The notes under the pieces were generated by a model that was given only the letters and a program-made list of their open reading frames with translations, had not been told where the DNA came from and made no database searches. Positions 35,467 to 46,200 of a stretch of DNA of 61,844 bases are shown here, piece after piece. The translations under genes and the position numbers were made by a program. The stretch is from Alphaproteobacteria bacterium (GTDB lineage Bacteria; Pseudomonadota; Alphaproteobacteria; CAISOG01). Positions within the stretch are counted from its first letter, which is position 1, and every line of letters starts with the position of its first letter. The DNA is taken from the NCBI GenBank assembly GCA_044375625.1, contig JBILMH010000004.1, forward strand, positions 1 to 61,844, given 5' to 3'.

Positions 35467-36201
35467 CTAAACGCCGTTTTCCAACACTTGCCGCGCTAGG
35501 GGCAGGGTGATGGGTCGCTGATGCAACAGCGAATAGGCGTCTAAGGCCGCCACCAATTGCCCCAGGCTGGCAAAGCTGCGTTCGGTGCGCGCCAACAAAT
35601 AGTCCTGCAGGGCGGGATCGGGCAACAGCTGGCGGTCGTTAAACAGCTTGCTTAACACCTGCCGCAAATCCTGATCGCTGGGTTGACCAACCGCCACCAC
35701 CGCCATCGCCCGCACCCGCGATGCCCAATCGGCCAAGCCTAAGCCCCATCGCGCCGCCCCCTTATCCACCACCTGCGCGGGCGCGCTGCGGGCAGTCAGC
35801 AGCAGATAGCCGCCGCGCCGCTGCACCGCGTGATACAGATGCAACGCCCCCTCCTGCGCGCTAAGGCTGGCCAGCTGATCGGCATCATCCACCACCACCA
35901 GCGGACATACCGCCGCCAGTTGGTCTAAGGTGGCCGCCAGCCGTTCGGGTGCCAAGTCCGCCGCCCGCAACAGCTGGCCTTGTGGCTGTTGTTGCGCCAA
36001 TTCCAACCAAGCCTGCGCCAGATGGGTTTTGCCGCTAGCCTGCTCCCCCATCAGCACCAGCCCATGGTTCGGCCAATCCCGCCAGTTGTTTAGCCAGGTG
36101 CGGGCGTACGCCTGACAGCCGAGCGGGTAAAGGCTGGTCAGGCTGTAATCCACCGTGGTGGGCAGGGCAAAGGTCAGTTGGCGGCTCATGGCATACAGCA
36201 A
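35467..36201 (-). CDS. hdaA: DnaA regulatory inactivator Hda-like protein (HdaA)
   Basis: QLTFALP N-terminus, degenerate Walker A GEQASGKTHLAQAW, VVVDDAD, and ~240-aa size. Confidence 0.75.
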   Translation of the reverse strand: MLYAMSRQLTFALPTTVDYSLTSLYPLGCQAYARTWLNNWRDWPNHGLVLMGEQASGKTHLAQAWLELAQQQPQGQLLRAADLAPERLAATLDQLAAVCPLVVVDDADQLASLSAQEGALHLYHAVQRRGGYLLLTARSAPAQVVDKGAARWGLGLADWASRVRAMAVVAVGQPSDQDLRQVLSKLFNDRQLLPDPALQDYLLARTERSFASLGQLVAALDAYSLLHQRPITLPLARQVLENGV

Positions 36202-36216
36202 AAAGAAAGGGGGGGA

Positions 36217-37314
36217 TTAAGCCTGCGGGGAAACCTCTATCGTCCCGTCGGGCTTATAAGCCAACAGACGCCGCGCCAACAGATAGCGGATGGTAACGCC
36301 AATCACCGCCGCCACCGGCACCGCCATCAACACCCCGACAAAACCTGCCAGCGCACCACCCGCCATCAACGCAAAGATAATCCACACCGGATGCAACCCA
36401 ACCCGACCGCCAACCAGCTTGGGGGTCAGCACATAACCCTCCACCATCTGGCCAACCCCAAAAATGGCCAGCATCAGGGCGGGCAAATGCCAATCGCCAC
36501 TTTGCATCCAGGCCAGCGATACCGCGAAAAACCCACCGGTAAGCGCCCCGACATAGGGCATAAAGGCCAACACCCCCGTCAACAGCCCCACCACCAAACT
36601 GCTCTGCAGCCCGCCCAGGCTAAGCGCAATCATGTAGTACAGCGATAGCGCCAGGCAGACGCTGCTTTGCCCACGCAAAAAGCCTGCCAGGGTGTTATCC
36701 ACCTCATGCAACAGCGTGCGAATCGCCGGCGCCTGCACCGACGGCAACAGGCGGTTGACATGGGTCAACAGCAACGGCCAATCCCGCAACAGGTAAAAGG
36801 CCACCACCGGGGTAATGACCAGCAGGCTTAGCAGATTCAGCACCGCCAAACCGCCGCTTAGCAACCTGCCCGCCAGCCCGCCCGCCATTTGGCCAATATA
36901 GCCAAACGCCTCAGCCGCCTGCGCCTGCGCCCCCGCCTGCAACTTGGCGAACAGCGCGGGGGGAAGCTCCCGCCCCAATTGCTTGCTTAGTGGCGACAGC
37001 ACACCCTGCACCCGCGACCAATAGTCGGGCAGCTGGCTTAGCAGCGCGCTGATTTGCAGTTGCAACAGCGGCAGCAGCAGCAGCAGCAATCCCGCCACCA
37101 TGCCCACCACCAACACCAGCCCCAACACGCATCCCAGGGATCGGGCAATGCCCAGCTTTTCCATCCGCCCAACCAAAGGGTTCAGCAGATAGGCCAAAAT
37201 AAAGCTGAGCACAAAGGGCGCCAACATCGCGCTTAACCGATACAACAACACGGCCAACAAGGCGGCGATTAACCATCCGCCCCATTCACGCCACAGCTGA
37301 CTTGGTGTTACCAT
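36217..37314 (-). CDS. AI-2E family transporter (UPF0118/PerM-like)
   Basis: Multi-TM protein with the C-terminal PKLVGGRVGLHPVWIIFALMAGGALAGFVGVLMAVPVAA signature region. Confidence 0.85.
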   Translation of the reverse strand: MVTPSQLWREWGGWLIAALLAVLLYRLSAMLAPFVLSFILAYLLNPLVGRMEKLGIARSLGCVLGLVLVVGMVAGLLLLLLPLLQLQISALLSQLPDYWSRVQGVLSPLSKQLGRELPPALFAKLQAGAQAQAAEAFGYIGQMAGGLAGRLLSGGLAVLNLLSLLVITPVVAFYLLRDWPLLLTHVNRLLPSVQAPAIRTLLHEVDNTLAGFLRGQSSVCLALSLYYMIALSLGGLQSSLVVGLLTGVLAFMPYVGALTGGFFAVSLAWMQSGDWHLPALMLAIFGVGQMVEGYVLTPKLVGGRVGLHPVWIIFALMAGGALAGFVGVLMAVPVAAVIGVTIRYLLARRLLAYKPDGTIEVSPQA

Positions 37315-37329
37315 TTTACAGTCCCTTGC

Positions 37330-38268
37330 TTAAGGTCGATAGCGCAGGTTCAGGCCACCCGCGGCAGGGGTTACATCAAATCGAAAATTGCTTAGCTGAT
37401 CGGCGGGGTTGGTGCCGCCATTCCAATAAGCGGTCAATTCCGCCTGCGTCTGACTTAATTTGGCCACCCGCAAGCCATAAAGCCCTGGCACCCGCTGCAA
37501 CTGCTGCTTAGCCCGCAACCAATCGACAAAATTGGCAATTTGCAGGGTCATGGCCAGCGGTTTTCCGCCCGCCGCCCCCGCCGCGCCAGCTGCTGCACCC
37601 CCAGCTGTACCCCCAAAGCCCAGATCACCTGTGGGCGCCGATGCCCGCGCCCTGGTCTGGTCATCACCCAAAGATCCGCCCGCCGCCATTGATGAAGAAG
37701 GCGATGCAGCATGCATGGCATGACCGCCCCCGTCATCCTTGCCCGCCGCCGCCGATGGTTTGCCGTCATCCCCACCGCCGCCCGCAACACCGCCTGCGCC
37801 ATCGTCCCCACCGCCATCCTGATGGGCAACCGAATCGCTTATCGACAAATTGGCCTGACGCATAAATCCGCGCACCCGCCCCTCACGAAAACTAACGGTC
37901 AGCTTGGCGCGATAGCGATTGGCCGAAATTTTTTCGTTGGCAATCTCCAACCCCTGCACCATCCGCATCAGATCGTTATCGCTAACCTTAACCCCATCGA
38001 CCGATCCATCCGCAACCCCCAGATTGCGCAAAAGCTGTTGAAACGCCTGATGCTGCCCCTCATTCAACGCTTTTTCTTTGGCAACCTCGGCGCTGTCGCT
38101 GGTCACATCGACCGGCACATCCGACACCGTGAAACGGGCATCAGCGGCATAGGCAACGCCAGTGCCCATGCCCATGCCCATGCCACCGCCACCAACCCCC
38201 ATCAGCCCAACAGCCATCAAGGAAATCAACAAAAGTGTTCTTACGGCGTGTAATCGTCGTTGCATCAT
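37330..38268 (-). CDS. DUF2066 domain protein with Gly/Ala/Asp-rich insert
   Basis: FTVSDVPVDVTSDSAEVAKEKALNEGQHQAFQQLLRNL after a signal-like segment. Divergent from purM, as commonly seen. The upstream extension of the ORF to 38430 would overlap purM, so the internal MMQRR start is preferred. Confidence 0.65.
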   Translation of the reverse strand: MMQRRLHAVRTLLLISLMAVGLMGVGGGGMGMGMGTGVAYAADARFTVSDVPVDVTSDSAEVAKEKALNEGQHQAFQQLLRNLGVADGSVDGVKVSDNDLMRMVQGLEIANEKISANRYRAKLTVSFREGRVRGFMRQANLSISDSVAHQDGGGDDGAGGVAGGGGDDGKPSAAAGKDDGGGHAMHAASPSSSMAAGGSLGDDQTRARASAPTGDLGFGGTAGGAAAGAAGAAGGKPLAMTLQIANFVDWLRAKQQLQRVPGLYGLRVAKLSQTQAELTAYWNGGTNPADQLSNFRFDVTPAAGGLNLRYRP

Positions 38269-38325
38269 CGGCCTAACTTGCGTACCAAGGAACTGTCGCA
38301 TTCTTTTATCACATTGGAGGCCAGG

Positions 38326-39417
38326 ATGACCAGTCAGAGCAACGCCGTAACCTACCGTGAAGCCGGCGTCAATGTTGATGCCGCGGAACATTTGGTAGAA
38401 TTGATTAAACCCATCGTTCAACGCACCCATCGCCCCGGGGTTATGGGCGGCATTGGTGGCTTTGCCGGCCTATTTGATCTCAAGGCCTTGTCCTATCAAG
38501 ATCCCCTGTTGGCCAGCACCTGTGACGGCGTCGGCACCAAGGTCAAAATTGCCGCCGCGGTCAATCAAATGCACGAAATCGGGCTGGATCTGGTAGCCCT
38601 GAACGTTAACGACCTGCTGTGCGTTGGGGCAGAGCCCTTGTTTATGCTGGATTACTACGCCACCGGTCATTTGCGGCCACAACTGGGCGCTGCCCTGATT
38701 GCGGGCATTGCGGAGGGGTGTCGCCAGGTCAATTGTGCCCTGCTGGGCGGCGAAAGCAGTGAGATGCCCGGCATTTATGATGAGGATGATTTTGATGTGG
38801 CGGCTTTTGTGGTGGGCGCGGTTGAGCGTGACCATTGCCTGCCCAAACCCACGGTAAGCGCGGGCGATGTGCTGTTGGGCGTGCCCGCCAGCGGTCTGCA
38901 CAGCAACGGCTTTTCCCTGGTGCGGCGGGTAATGGCCGATCATCACCTTAGCTATGATCAGCCCGCGCATTTTATGGACAGCGTTGGCGGTTCCAAACCA
39001 ACCCTGGGTCAGGTGTTGTTAACCCCCACCCAAAACTATGCCCCCACCCTGTTGCCCTGGATTCAGGCAGGACGGATTAAGGCGTTGGCCAACATTACCG
39101 GCGGCGGGATTGAGGGCAATTTGCCACGCGTGCTGCCCGCTGGGGTTGAGGCGGTGGTGCAGGTGGGCAGCTGGCCACAACTGCCCATTCTGCGCTGGTT
39201 GCTACAAACCAGTGGAATTGAGGATGCCGAAGCCGCCCGCACCTTTAACCTGGGGCTGGGCATGATCATGGTGGTATCGCCCGACCAGGCCGAAAGCTTG
39301 CTGGCGGAACAACCCGCCGATGGGTCAGCCCCACTGTATCGGGTTGGCCATCTGCAGGCGGCGTCTGGCGGAAAAACCGTTCAACTGCAAGGCCTTGACC
39401 AGCTATCCATGCTTTAG
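38326..39417 (+). CDS. purM: Phosphoribosylformylglycinamidine cyclo-ligase (AIR synthetase)
   Basis: YREAGVNVDAAE, GGFAGLF, DGVGTKVKIA, and GGAG RBS before ATG 38326. Confidence 0.95.
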   Translation: MTSQSNAVTYREAGVNVDAAEHLVELIKPIVQRTHRPGVMGGIGGFAGLFDLKALSYQDPLLASTCDGVGTKVKIAAAVNQMHEIGLDLVALNVNDLLCVGAEPLFMLDYYATGHLRPQLGAALIAGIAEGCRQVNCALLGGESSEMPGIYDEDDFDVAAFVVGAVERDHCLPKPTVSAGDVLLGVPASGLHSNGFSLVRRVMADHHLSYDQPAHFMDSVGGSKPTLGQVLLTPTQNYAPTLLPWIQAGRIKALANITGGGIEGNLPRVLPAGVEAVVQVGSWPQLPILRWLLQTSGIEDAEAARTFNLGLGMIMVVSPDQAESLLAEQPADGSAPLYRVGHLQAASGGKTVQLQGLDQLSML

Positions 39418-39581
39418 CTGTGCATACAAGCTTGCATGCAATGGTGGTCAGGATGCCTGCCTGGCTGGTTGGCGGCCTTGCGGAAAGCCATGGGATGCTG
39501 TAGGATGCAACTCTATTTTTTGGCGTGGGCGGCCAAATACTGCCCCGCCCTTTTGGTGGAAAACTTGCTGTTGATTTTTTC

Positions 39582-40583
39582 ATGACCGCTTCCCATACCA
39601 ACCGCAAAGCACCCCCCACCGCGGCCACGGCCGATGCGGTGGCTTTTCGTCGACGGGCGGCAGCCCAGCTGGTAGCGCTGCATCGCGGGGGGCGCTCTGC
39701 CCAGGATGCAGTGGGTGATGCGGCGGGTCAGGGTGCCGTATCCCCGTCTGCCACCACGCCAAAGCTTCATCCCGCAGGCCAACCTGCAACCCAGCCCGTC
39801 CCCCAGCCCGCACCCATCCCCGTTCCTTTGGCGGCCATCCCACAGGGTGCCTCGGCCAACAGCAATGATATTCCCCATTTGTTGCCGCACCGTTCCTATG
39901 GTTGGGGCGGGTCATTGTCTGGCAAGGTTGATGACAGCAAAGGCTTAGGCAGTTGGTGGCATCGCACCCGCCCCTATCGCCTAGTGCTGCTGCTGGTTTT
40001 GTTGATCAGCGCGGCCTGGACCAGCTATGGTTTTCAATGGATTGGCGGTGCCTGCAACACGTTGGGCGACAGCGCCACTCTGGGGCGGCTGTGTCATGGC
40101 GGGTTTGGCCAACAGGCGGCCTTTCGCAAAACCTTGGACTACCTGATTGGTCAGCATCAACAGCTGGTCAGCGGTGGGCAACGTTCCACCCGCCTAACCC
40201 TGATTACCGATCCGCAAAACCCTGGTTATAGCCAGCCGACCAACATGGCCGTGCCCCTTAATGGTCAGAATGCCCCCGATCTAACCGATTGGGGCTATAA
40301 GGTTGATGTGCTGCTGCCCAGTGGTCAGGGGCGCTTGCCCAGCCTGGTGCTGTACCGTTCCATCGATGACCCGCTGCTGTGTCAACGTTTGAACAGCGCG
40401 GCTGGCCTACCCGCCGCCCCCACCAAATTGCCGACCGCCATCACCGCCTGGCAGGATGGCAGCCAGCAACCGATTGATTGGTCAAAAGTCACCCATCCCA
40501 ATGGTAAGCCGTTGGCGAATCAAGGCTGTGTGGAATTGGCCGACAGCAAGCTGCTGTTTTTCCACGCTCTGCCGATACGTTAG
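39582..40583 (+). CDS. Hypothetical single-pass membrane protein, Pro/Ala-rich N-terminal region
   Basis: Long ORF with a TM segment (YRLVLLLVLLISAAWTSYGF). No recognised motif; the start is uncertain (39525 or 39582). Confidence 0.45.
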   Translation: MTASHTNRKAPPTAATADAVAFRRRAAAQLVALHRGGRSAQDAVGDAAGQGAVSPSATTPKLHPAGQPATQPVPQPAPIPVPLAAIPQGASANSNDIPHLLPHRSYGWGGSLSGKVDDSKGLGSWWHRTRPYRLVLLLVLLISAAWTSYGFQWIGGACNTLGDSATLGRLCHGGFGQQAAFRKTLDYLIGQHQQLVSGGQRSTRLTLITDPQNPGYSQPTNMAVPLNGQNAPDLTDWGYKVDVLLPSGQGRLPSLVLYRSIDDPLLCQRLNSAAGLPAAPTKLPTAITAWQDGSQQPIDWSKVTHPNGKPLANQGCVELADSKLLFFHALPIR

Positions 40584-40641
40584 AGCATTTCCTAGAGAGT
40601 ATTGGCCTGAAGTTTGACCATCATCTCTTGGCCAAGAACTG

Positions 40642-42042
40642 CTAAATATGAATCGCCCGCCCCTCGGCTGACAGCACCGATTCGTGCATCATTTCGGACA
40701 AGGTGGGGTGGGGGAAGATGGTGTGGATCAAATCAGCCTCAGTGGTTTCCAACTGTTTGGCAATCACATAGCCCTGAATCATTTCGGTCACCTCAGCCCC
40801 AATCATATGGGCGCCCAGCAATTCGCCGGTTTTGGCATCAAAAATGGTCTTCACCAACCCTTCGGGTTCGCCCAGGGCGATTGCCTTGCCATTGCCCATA
40901 TAGGGGAAACGGCCAACCTTAATCGCGTGCCCCAATTCCTTGGCCTTCGCCTCAGTCAGGCCGACGCTGGCCACCTGTGGATAGGCATAGGTGCAGCCAG
41001 GGATATTTTCGGCACGCAGTGGGTGAACATCCTTCACCCCCGCAATTTTTTCCACGCACACCACCCCCTCATGGCTGGCCTTATGCGCCAACCAGGGGGC
41101 GCCCGTCACATCGCCAATCGCGTAAACCCCTGGCTCCGCCGTGCGGCCATAGCCATCGGTGACGATATGGCCACGCTCCACCACCACCTTGGTGCCTTCC
41201 AGGCCAATTTTTTCGGTGTTGCCGATGATACCAACCGCGCTGATAACCCGATCCACCTCCAACGTGCTGGTTTTGCCATCTTGGGTAATGGTGGCCACCA
41301 CGCTGTCGGTTTTTTTATCCAGCTTGGTAACGCTGGCATTGGTCAGGATTTTCATCCCCTGTTTTTCAAAGGCCTTGCGCGCCAATTCAGAAATTTCGGC
41401 ATCCTCAACGGGCAGAATGCGGGGTTGCAGCTCCACCACCGTCACCTCAGCCCCCATCAGGCGGTAAAAGCTGGCAAATTCGATGCCGATAGCGCCACTA
41501 CCAACCACCAGCAAGCTTTTCGGCATGGCGGGCGGCACCATCGCCTCCTTATACGTCCAGACCAGACGACCATCAGGATCTAAGCCAGGCAGCACCCGCG
41601 CCCGTGCGCCCGTGGCCAGGATGATGTGGGGCGCCGTCAACAGCTCCTCCCCCCCCTTGCTCAGGGCAACTTTAAGCCGTGACTTGCCGGCCAGGCTACC
41701 GATGCCATCAAACACCGTGACCTTGTTTTTCTTCAGCAAATGCTTGATACCGCCCGACAGTTGGCCGGCCACCCCGCGGGATCGTGCCACCACCTTTTCC
41801 AGATCAAAGCTGATCGCACCCGCGCTGAAGCCATATTGATCCAGATGGTGCAGCAGGTGGTGAATTTCAGAGCTGCGCAACAAGGCCTTGGTAGGAATAC
41901 AACCCCAGTTCAGGCAAATGCCGCCCAGATGTTCCCGCTCCACCAGGGCGGTTTTCATCCCCAATTGGCTGGCGCGAATCGCCGCGACATAGCCGCCAGG
42001 GCCACCACCAACCACCACCAAATCAAACGCTTGCTCAGCCAT
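40642..42042 (-). CDS. lpdA: Dihydrolipoyl dehydrogenase (E3)
   Basis: FDLVVVGGGPGGYVAA, redox-active GGICLNWGCIPTK, and C-terminal HPHPTLSE. Confidence 0.97.
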   Translation of the reverse strand: MAEQAFDLVVVGGGPGGYVAAIRASQLGMKTALVEREHLGGICLNWGCIPTKALLRSSEIHHLLHHLDQYGFSAGAISFDLEKVVARSRGVAGQLSGGIKHLLKKNKVTVFDGIGSLAGKSRLKVALSKGGEELLTAPHIILATGARARVLPGLDPDGRLVWTYKEAMVPPAMPKSLLVVGSGAIGIEFASFYRLMGAEVTVVELQPRILPVEDAEISELARKAFEKQGMKILTNASVTKLDKKTDSVVATITQDGKTSTLEVDRVISAVGIIGNTEKIGLEGTKVVVERGHIVTDGYGRTAEPGVYAIGDVTGAPWLAHKASHEGVVCVEKIAGVKDVHPLRAENIPGCTYAYPQVASVGLTEAKAKELGHAIKVGRFPYMGNGKAIALGEPEGLVKTIFDAKTGELLGAHMIGAEVTEMIQGYVIAKQLETTEADLIHTIFPHPTLSEMMHESVLSAEGRAIHI

Positions 42043-42055
42043 CGACCCGTACCCC

Positions 42056-43384
42056 TTATACCAACATTGCGATGGGGTCTTCGATCAACCCCTTAAAGAC
42101 TTTCAGAAACTCGGCGCCGACCGCCCCATCAACCACGCGGTGATCCACCGACAGAGTACAGCTCATCACCGTTGCAATCGCCAGCGCGTCATTCTTCACC
42201 ACGGGCCGCTTTTCGCCCGCCCCAACCGCCAGGATGCAACCCTGCGGCGGGTTAACAATCGCCGCAAAGTCCTTAATCCCGAACATGCCCAGGTTGGATA
42301 GGCTAAAGGTGCCGCCGGTAAATTCCTCAGGCTTCAGCTTGTTATCGCGGGCACGCGCCGCCAAATCCTTCATCTCACGGGAAATGGCCGCCAAGCCCTT
42401 ATCCTGCGCGGCGCGGACAATCGGGGTAATCAGACCGCCGTCAATGGCGACCGCCACCGACACATCGGCCTGGTTGTAATAGCGCACCCCCTCCTCCGTC
42501 CAACTGGCGTTGGCGGCGGGCACCTTGGTCAGGGCTATCGCACAAGCCTTGAGAATAAAGTCGTTGACCGAGATTTTGGCGTCCAGGCTGGCGTTAATCT
42601 CATGACGCAGCGCCATCAGGCGATCCAGCTGGCAATCGACGGTCAAATAGAAATGCGGCACGGTTTGTTTGGATTCGCTTAAGCGACGGGCAATCACCTT
42701 ACGCATGGTGGTGTGCGGTTCCAGGCGGAACTCTGGCAGGCCGAACAGATCGGCCGCGCTGCTGCCGCTGGCTGAAGAAGCGGGAGATGGCGCCGCCTTA
42801 GCCGCAGCGGGCTTGGTCTGCAACGCCTGCACGACATCCTCACGGACAATGCGGCCATGGGGGCCACTGCCCAGCAGGCCAACCAGGCTTAATCCACCCT
42901 CAGCGGCCAGGCGACGCGCCAGCGGGCTAGCGAACACGCGCCCGGCATCGTTGCTGACCGTCACCCCCTGATGCATCGGAATGGCGGCCGCCCCTGCAGC
43001 GGACGCACCCGTACCAGCAGCAGCCTGCGCCACGGCTGGCGCCGCTACGGCGGCTTCATGGGTTACCGATTCTGCCGCGGGGTTAGCGGTGGCGGCATTG
43101 CCACCAATCACCGCCACCTTATCCAGGCTGGCGGCATCCTCACCGTCTTCCAACAGCAGGGCGATAATCTCGTTGACCTTCACCCCCTCGGTTCCTTCGG
43201 CGACCAGGATTTTGCCCAACACGCCTTCATCAACCGCTTCAACCTCCATCACCGCCTTATCGGTTTCGATTTCGGCCAGCACGTCGCCAGATTTGACCTT
43301 ATCACCAGCTTTTTTGTGCCATTTGGCCAAATTGCCTTCGGTCATGGTGGGTGACAGCGCGGGCATCAGAATTTTAATCGGCAT
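42056..43384 (-). CDS. pdhC: Pyruvate dehydrogenase complex E2, dihydrolipoyllysine-residue acetyltransferase
   Basis: Lipoyl domain ([16 protein letters not shown]...[11 protein letters not shown]), E3-binding segment (ASPLARRLA), and catalytic DHRVVDG. Start taken at MPIKILMP. Confidence 0.95.
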   Translation of the reverse strand: MPIKILMPALSPTMTEGNLAKWHKKAGDKVKSGDVLAEIETDKAVMEVEAVDEGVLGKILVAEGTEGVKVNEIIALLLEDGEDAASLDKVAVIGGNAATANPAAESVTHEAAVAAPAVAQAAAGTGASAAGAAAIPMHQGVTVSNDAGRVFASPLARRLAAEGGLSLVGLLGSGPHGRIVREDVVQALQTKPAAAKAAPSPASSASGSSAADLFGLPEFRLEPHTTMRKVIARRLSESKQTVPHFYLTVDCQLDRLMALRHEINASLDAKISVNDFILKACAIALTKVPAANASWTEEGVRYYNQADVSVAVAIDGGLITPIVRAAQDKGLAAISREMKDLAARARDNKLKPEEFTGGTFSLSNLGMFGIKDFAAIVNPPQGCILAVGAGEKRPVVKNDALAIATVMSCTLSVDHRVVDGAVGAEFLKVFKGLIEDPIAMLV

Positions 43385-43439
43385 GGTTTTGAACTTCTTA
43401 ACGTGAACTTGAAACAAACATCAACAAAAGGGGATGACC

Positions 43440-44825
43440 TTAAGATTTTTTGGCCAGGGACGACCGAATCGCCGCCACGATCCCCTCAACCTGGGGCAGT
43501 GCCAATTTTTCCAAATTGGCTGCATAGGGCAGGGGCACATCCTCAGCCGCCACCCGAATCACGGGGGCATCCAACCAGTCAAAGGCATGTTCCATGGCAA
43601 TCGCCGCCAGTTCTGAACCAATGCCGCACACCGGCCAACTTTCCTCAACACTGACCAGACGGTTGGTTTTTTTGATCGAGGCAACGATGGTGTCAACGTC
43701 CAGCGGCCGTATGGTGCGCAGGTCAATTACCTCAACGCTAATCCCCTCCGCCGCCAATTGCTCGGCCGCCTCCAACGCCTTGCCCACCATGATGGAATAG
43801 GCGGTCACGGTCACATCGGTACCAGCCCGCGCCACCCTGGCCTTACCAATCGGCACAATATGGTCGGGATCGGTCGGCACATCGTCAAAGCTTTGGCCGT
43901 AGAGAATCTCATTTTCCAAAAAGATAATCGGATTGGGGTCACGAATGGCCGCCTTCAACAAGCCCTTGGCATCGGCCGCGCTGTAGGGCGCCACCACCTT
44001 TAGGCCTGGGCAGTGGGCGTACCAGCTGGCGTAGCATTGACTGTGTTGCGCCGCCACGCGAGAGGCCGCGCCGTTGGGCCCCCGAAACACGATGGGGCAA
44101 CCCATCTGCCCACCCGACATGTACAGGGTCTTGGCGGCCGAATTGATAATCTGGTCAATTGCCTGCATCGCAAAGTTAAAGGTCATGAATTCGATAATCG
44201 GCTTCAGGCCGCCAAAGGCCGCGCCCACCCCCAAGCCGGCAAAGCCATGCTCGGTAATCGGGCTGTCAATCACCCGCTGCGCCCCAAATTCCTGCAACAA
44301 GCCCTGGCTGATTTTGTAGGCGCCCTGATATTCCGCCACCTCCTCCCCCATCAAAAAGACGGTGGAATCGGCGCGCATTTCCTCAGCCATCGCATCGCGC
44401 AGGGCATCGCGCACGGTTTGCTTGGTGGTGACCCCCGTAAAGGGAGTTTCCTCAACCGCGACAGCGGTTAGATTGTTGCGCAAAGCGGCACTGTTGCTGG
44501 CCATCGGGGACTCCTCAGTTTGATTAGATGCGGTTGATGCTGGTGACGATGCCGCACCAGTAGAGGGGAGCACAACCGCCACCTCCCCTTCTGCCAAAAT
44601 CATGGCAATCGGGGTGTTGACTGCCACCCCCTCAACACCTTCTTGGATTAAAATCTGGGTCAGGCGACCTTCGTCGACCGCCTCAATCTCCATCACCGCC
44701 TTGTCGGTTTCGACTTCGGCCAGCAAATCGCCGGCACGCACCGCATCTCCCTCAGTTTTCAACCAGCGCACCAATTTTCCTTCGGTCATGGTGGGCGACA
44801 GGGCGGGCATCAATAGGGCGGGCAT
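43440..44825 (-). CDS. pdhB: Pyruvate dehydrogenase E1 beta subunit with N-terminal lipoyl domain
   Basis: N-terminal [17 protein letters not shown]...[11 protein letters not shown], then a transketolase-like body ([25 protein letters not shown]). Confidence 0.95.
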   Translation of the reverse strand: MPALLMPALSPTMTEGKLVRWLKTEGDAVRAGDLLAEVETDKAVMEIEAVDEGRLTQILIQEGVEGVAVNTPIAMILAEGEVAVVLPSTGAASSPASTASNQTEESPMASNSAALRNNLTAVAVEETPFTGVTTKQTVRDALRDAMAEEMRADSTVFLMGEEVAEYQGAYKISQGLLQEFGAQRVIDSPITEHGFAGLGVGAAFGGLKPIIEFMTFNFAMQAIDQIINSAAKTLYMSGGQMGCPIVFRGPNGAASRVAAQHSQCYASWYAHCPGLKVVAPYSAADAKGLLKAAIRDPNPIIFLENEILYGQSFDDVPTDPDHIVPIGKARVARAGTDVTVTAYSIMVGKALEAAEQLAAEGISVEVIDLRTIRPLDVDTIVASIKKTNRLVSVEESWPVCGIGSELAAIAMEHAFDWLDAPVIRVAAEDVPLPYAANLEKLALPQVEGIVAAIRSSLAKKS

Positions 44826-44828
44826 CGG

Positions 44829-45875
44829 CTAGGCTACCTTTAGAACATCGGTGTACAGCTCGCTGGCGTCCGGTTCGGGACTTTCCTGAGCAAAAGTGGC
44901 GGAATCGGTCACCACCACTTTAACCTCGTCATCAATTTGTTTTAAGGCCGCCTCAGTCACGCCAGCCTTTATCAAATGCGGCTTAAGGTTTTCGATAGGA
45001 TCCCGATTCTCCCGCATTTCCTGCACCTCTTCCTTGCTGCGGTATTTGGCAGGGTCGGACATGGAGTGGCCACGATAGCGGTAGGTATCCATTTCCAGCA
45101 GATAGGGGCCCTTGCCTGCGCGAATATGGGCAACAGCGCGCGCGCCAGCCTCCCGCACCGCCAACACGTCCATGCCATCAACCCGCTCCCCCGGAATGCC
45201 CCAGGGCTCGCCGCGACGGAACAGCTCTGGGCTAGCACAGCCACGGTTGACGGAGGTGCCCATGCTGTAGTGGTTGTTCTCAATCACATACAGGACAGGC
45301 AATTTCCACAGGGCGGCCATGTTAAAGCTTTCATAGACCTGCCCCTGATTGACCGCGCCATCCCCCAGATAGGTAAAGCTGACCGCACCAGTCTCCTGAT
45401 ATTTGGCGGCAAAGGCCAAACCCGTCCCAATCGGCACCTGCGCACCGACGATTCCATGACCGCCATAAAAATGTTTTTCGCGGCTGAACATATGCATGGA
45501 GCCACCCTTACCTTTGGAATAGCCACCAATCCGCCCCGTCAGCTCCGCCATCACCCCCCGCGCCTGCATCCCGCAGGCCAGCATATGGCCATGGTCGCGA
45601 TAGCTGGTAATCACCGCATCGCCCTCCTCCGCCACGTCTTGCAGGCCGACCACCACCGCCTCTTGCCCGATATACAAATGACAGAATCCGCCGATAAGCC
45701 CCATGCCATACAGCTGCCCCGCCCGCTCCTCAAAGCGCCGAATCAACAGCATGTCTTTGTACAGTTTTAGCAGGTGATCCAGTTGCAACTTGGTACCCTG
45801 ACCATCGGCCGTGCCCGCCCCCGCTTTTTTGCCTGCTGTTTTGCCCGCTACATTATTGGATTGCTCATTGGCCAT
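44829..45875 (-). CDS. pdhA: Pyruvate dehydrogenase E1 alpha subunit
   Basis: GFCHLYIGQEAVVVG, GGSMHMF, GDGAVNQGQVYES and YRYRGHSMSDP. Confidence 0.97.
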   Translation of the reverse strand: MANEQSNNVAGKTAGKKAGAGTADGQGTKLQLDHLLKLYKDMLLIRRFEERAGQLYGMGLIGGFCHLYIGQEAVVVGLQDVAEEGDAVITSYRDHGHMLACGMQARGVMAELTGRIGGYSKGKGGSMHMFSREKHFYGGHGIVGAQVPIGTGLAFAAKYQETGAVSFTYLGDGAVNQGQVYESFNMAALWKLPVLYVIENNHYSMGTSVNRGCASPELFRRGEPWGIPGERVDGMDVLAVREAGARAVAHIRAGKGPYLLEMDTYRYRGHSMSDPAKYRSKEEVQEMRENRDPIENLKPHLIKAGVTEAALKQIDDEVKVVVTDSATFAQESPEPDASELYTDVLKVA

Positions 45876-46200
45876 CAGGGATCTCCGTACTTGTCCTGAA
45901 ATTGTGTTTGAATTCTGCTTAACCGCACCCCCAAATCAACAGATTGGTTCGGGCAATTGGTAAGTTAATTCAGCCCTAAAATAATAGATTTCATGCCGTT
46001 GGCCAGCTTAAAATGATGTTCCCGCCTTGTTTTCTTTCGCACATGCGAAGGCTAAGGGGCGCCACGGGGCAAGATGGGGCTTTAAGGGCGGTTGCATCAT
46101 GGGTTGGTTTGCACAAAGCCGCTAGCCAAAGGCGCTTACAGCCTTTAATCTTAGGGACGTAAGTTTTATGATTCATGTTGCTGTAGGGTGGAATGGTGGG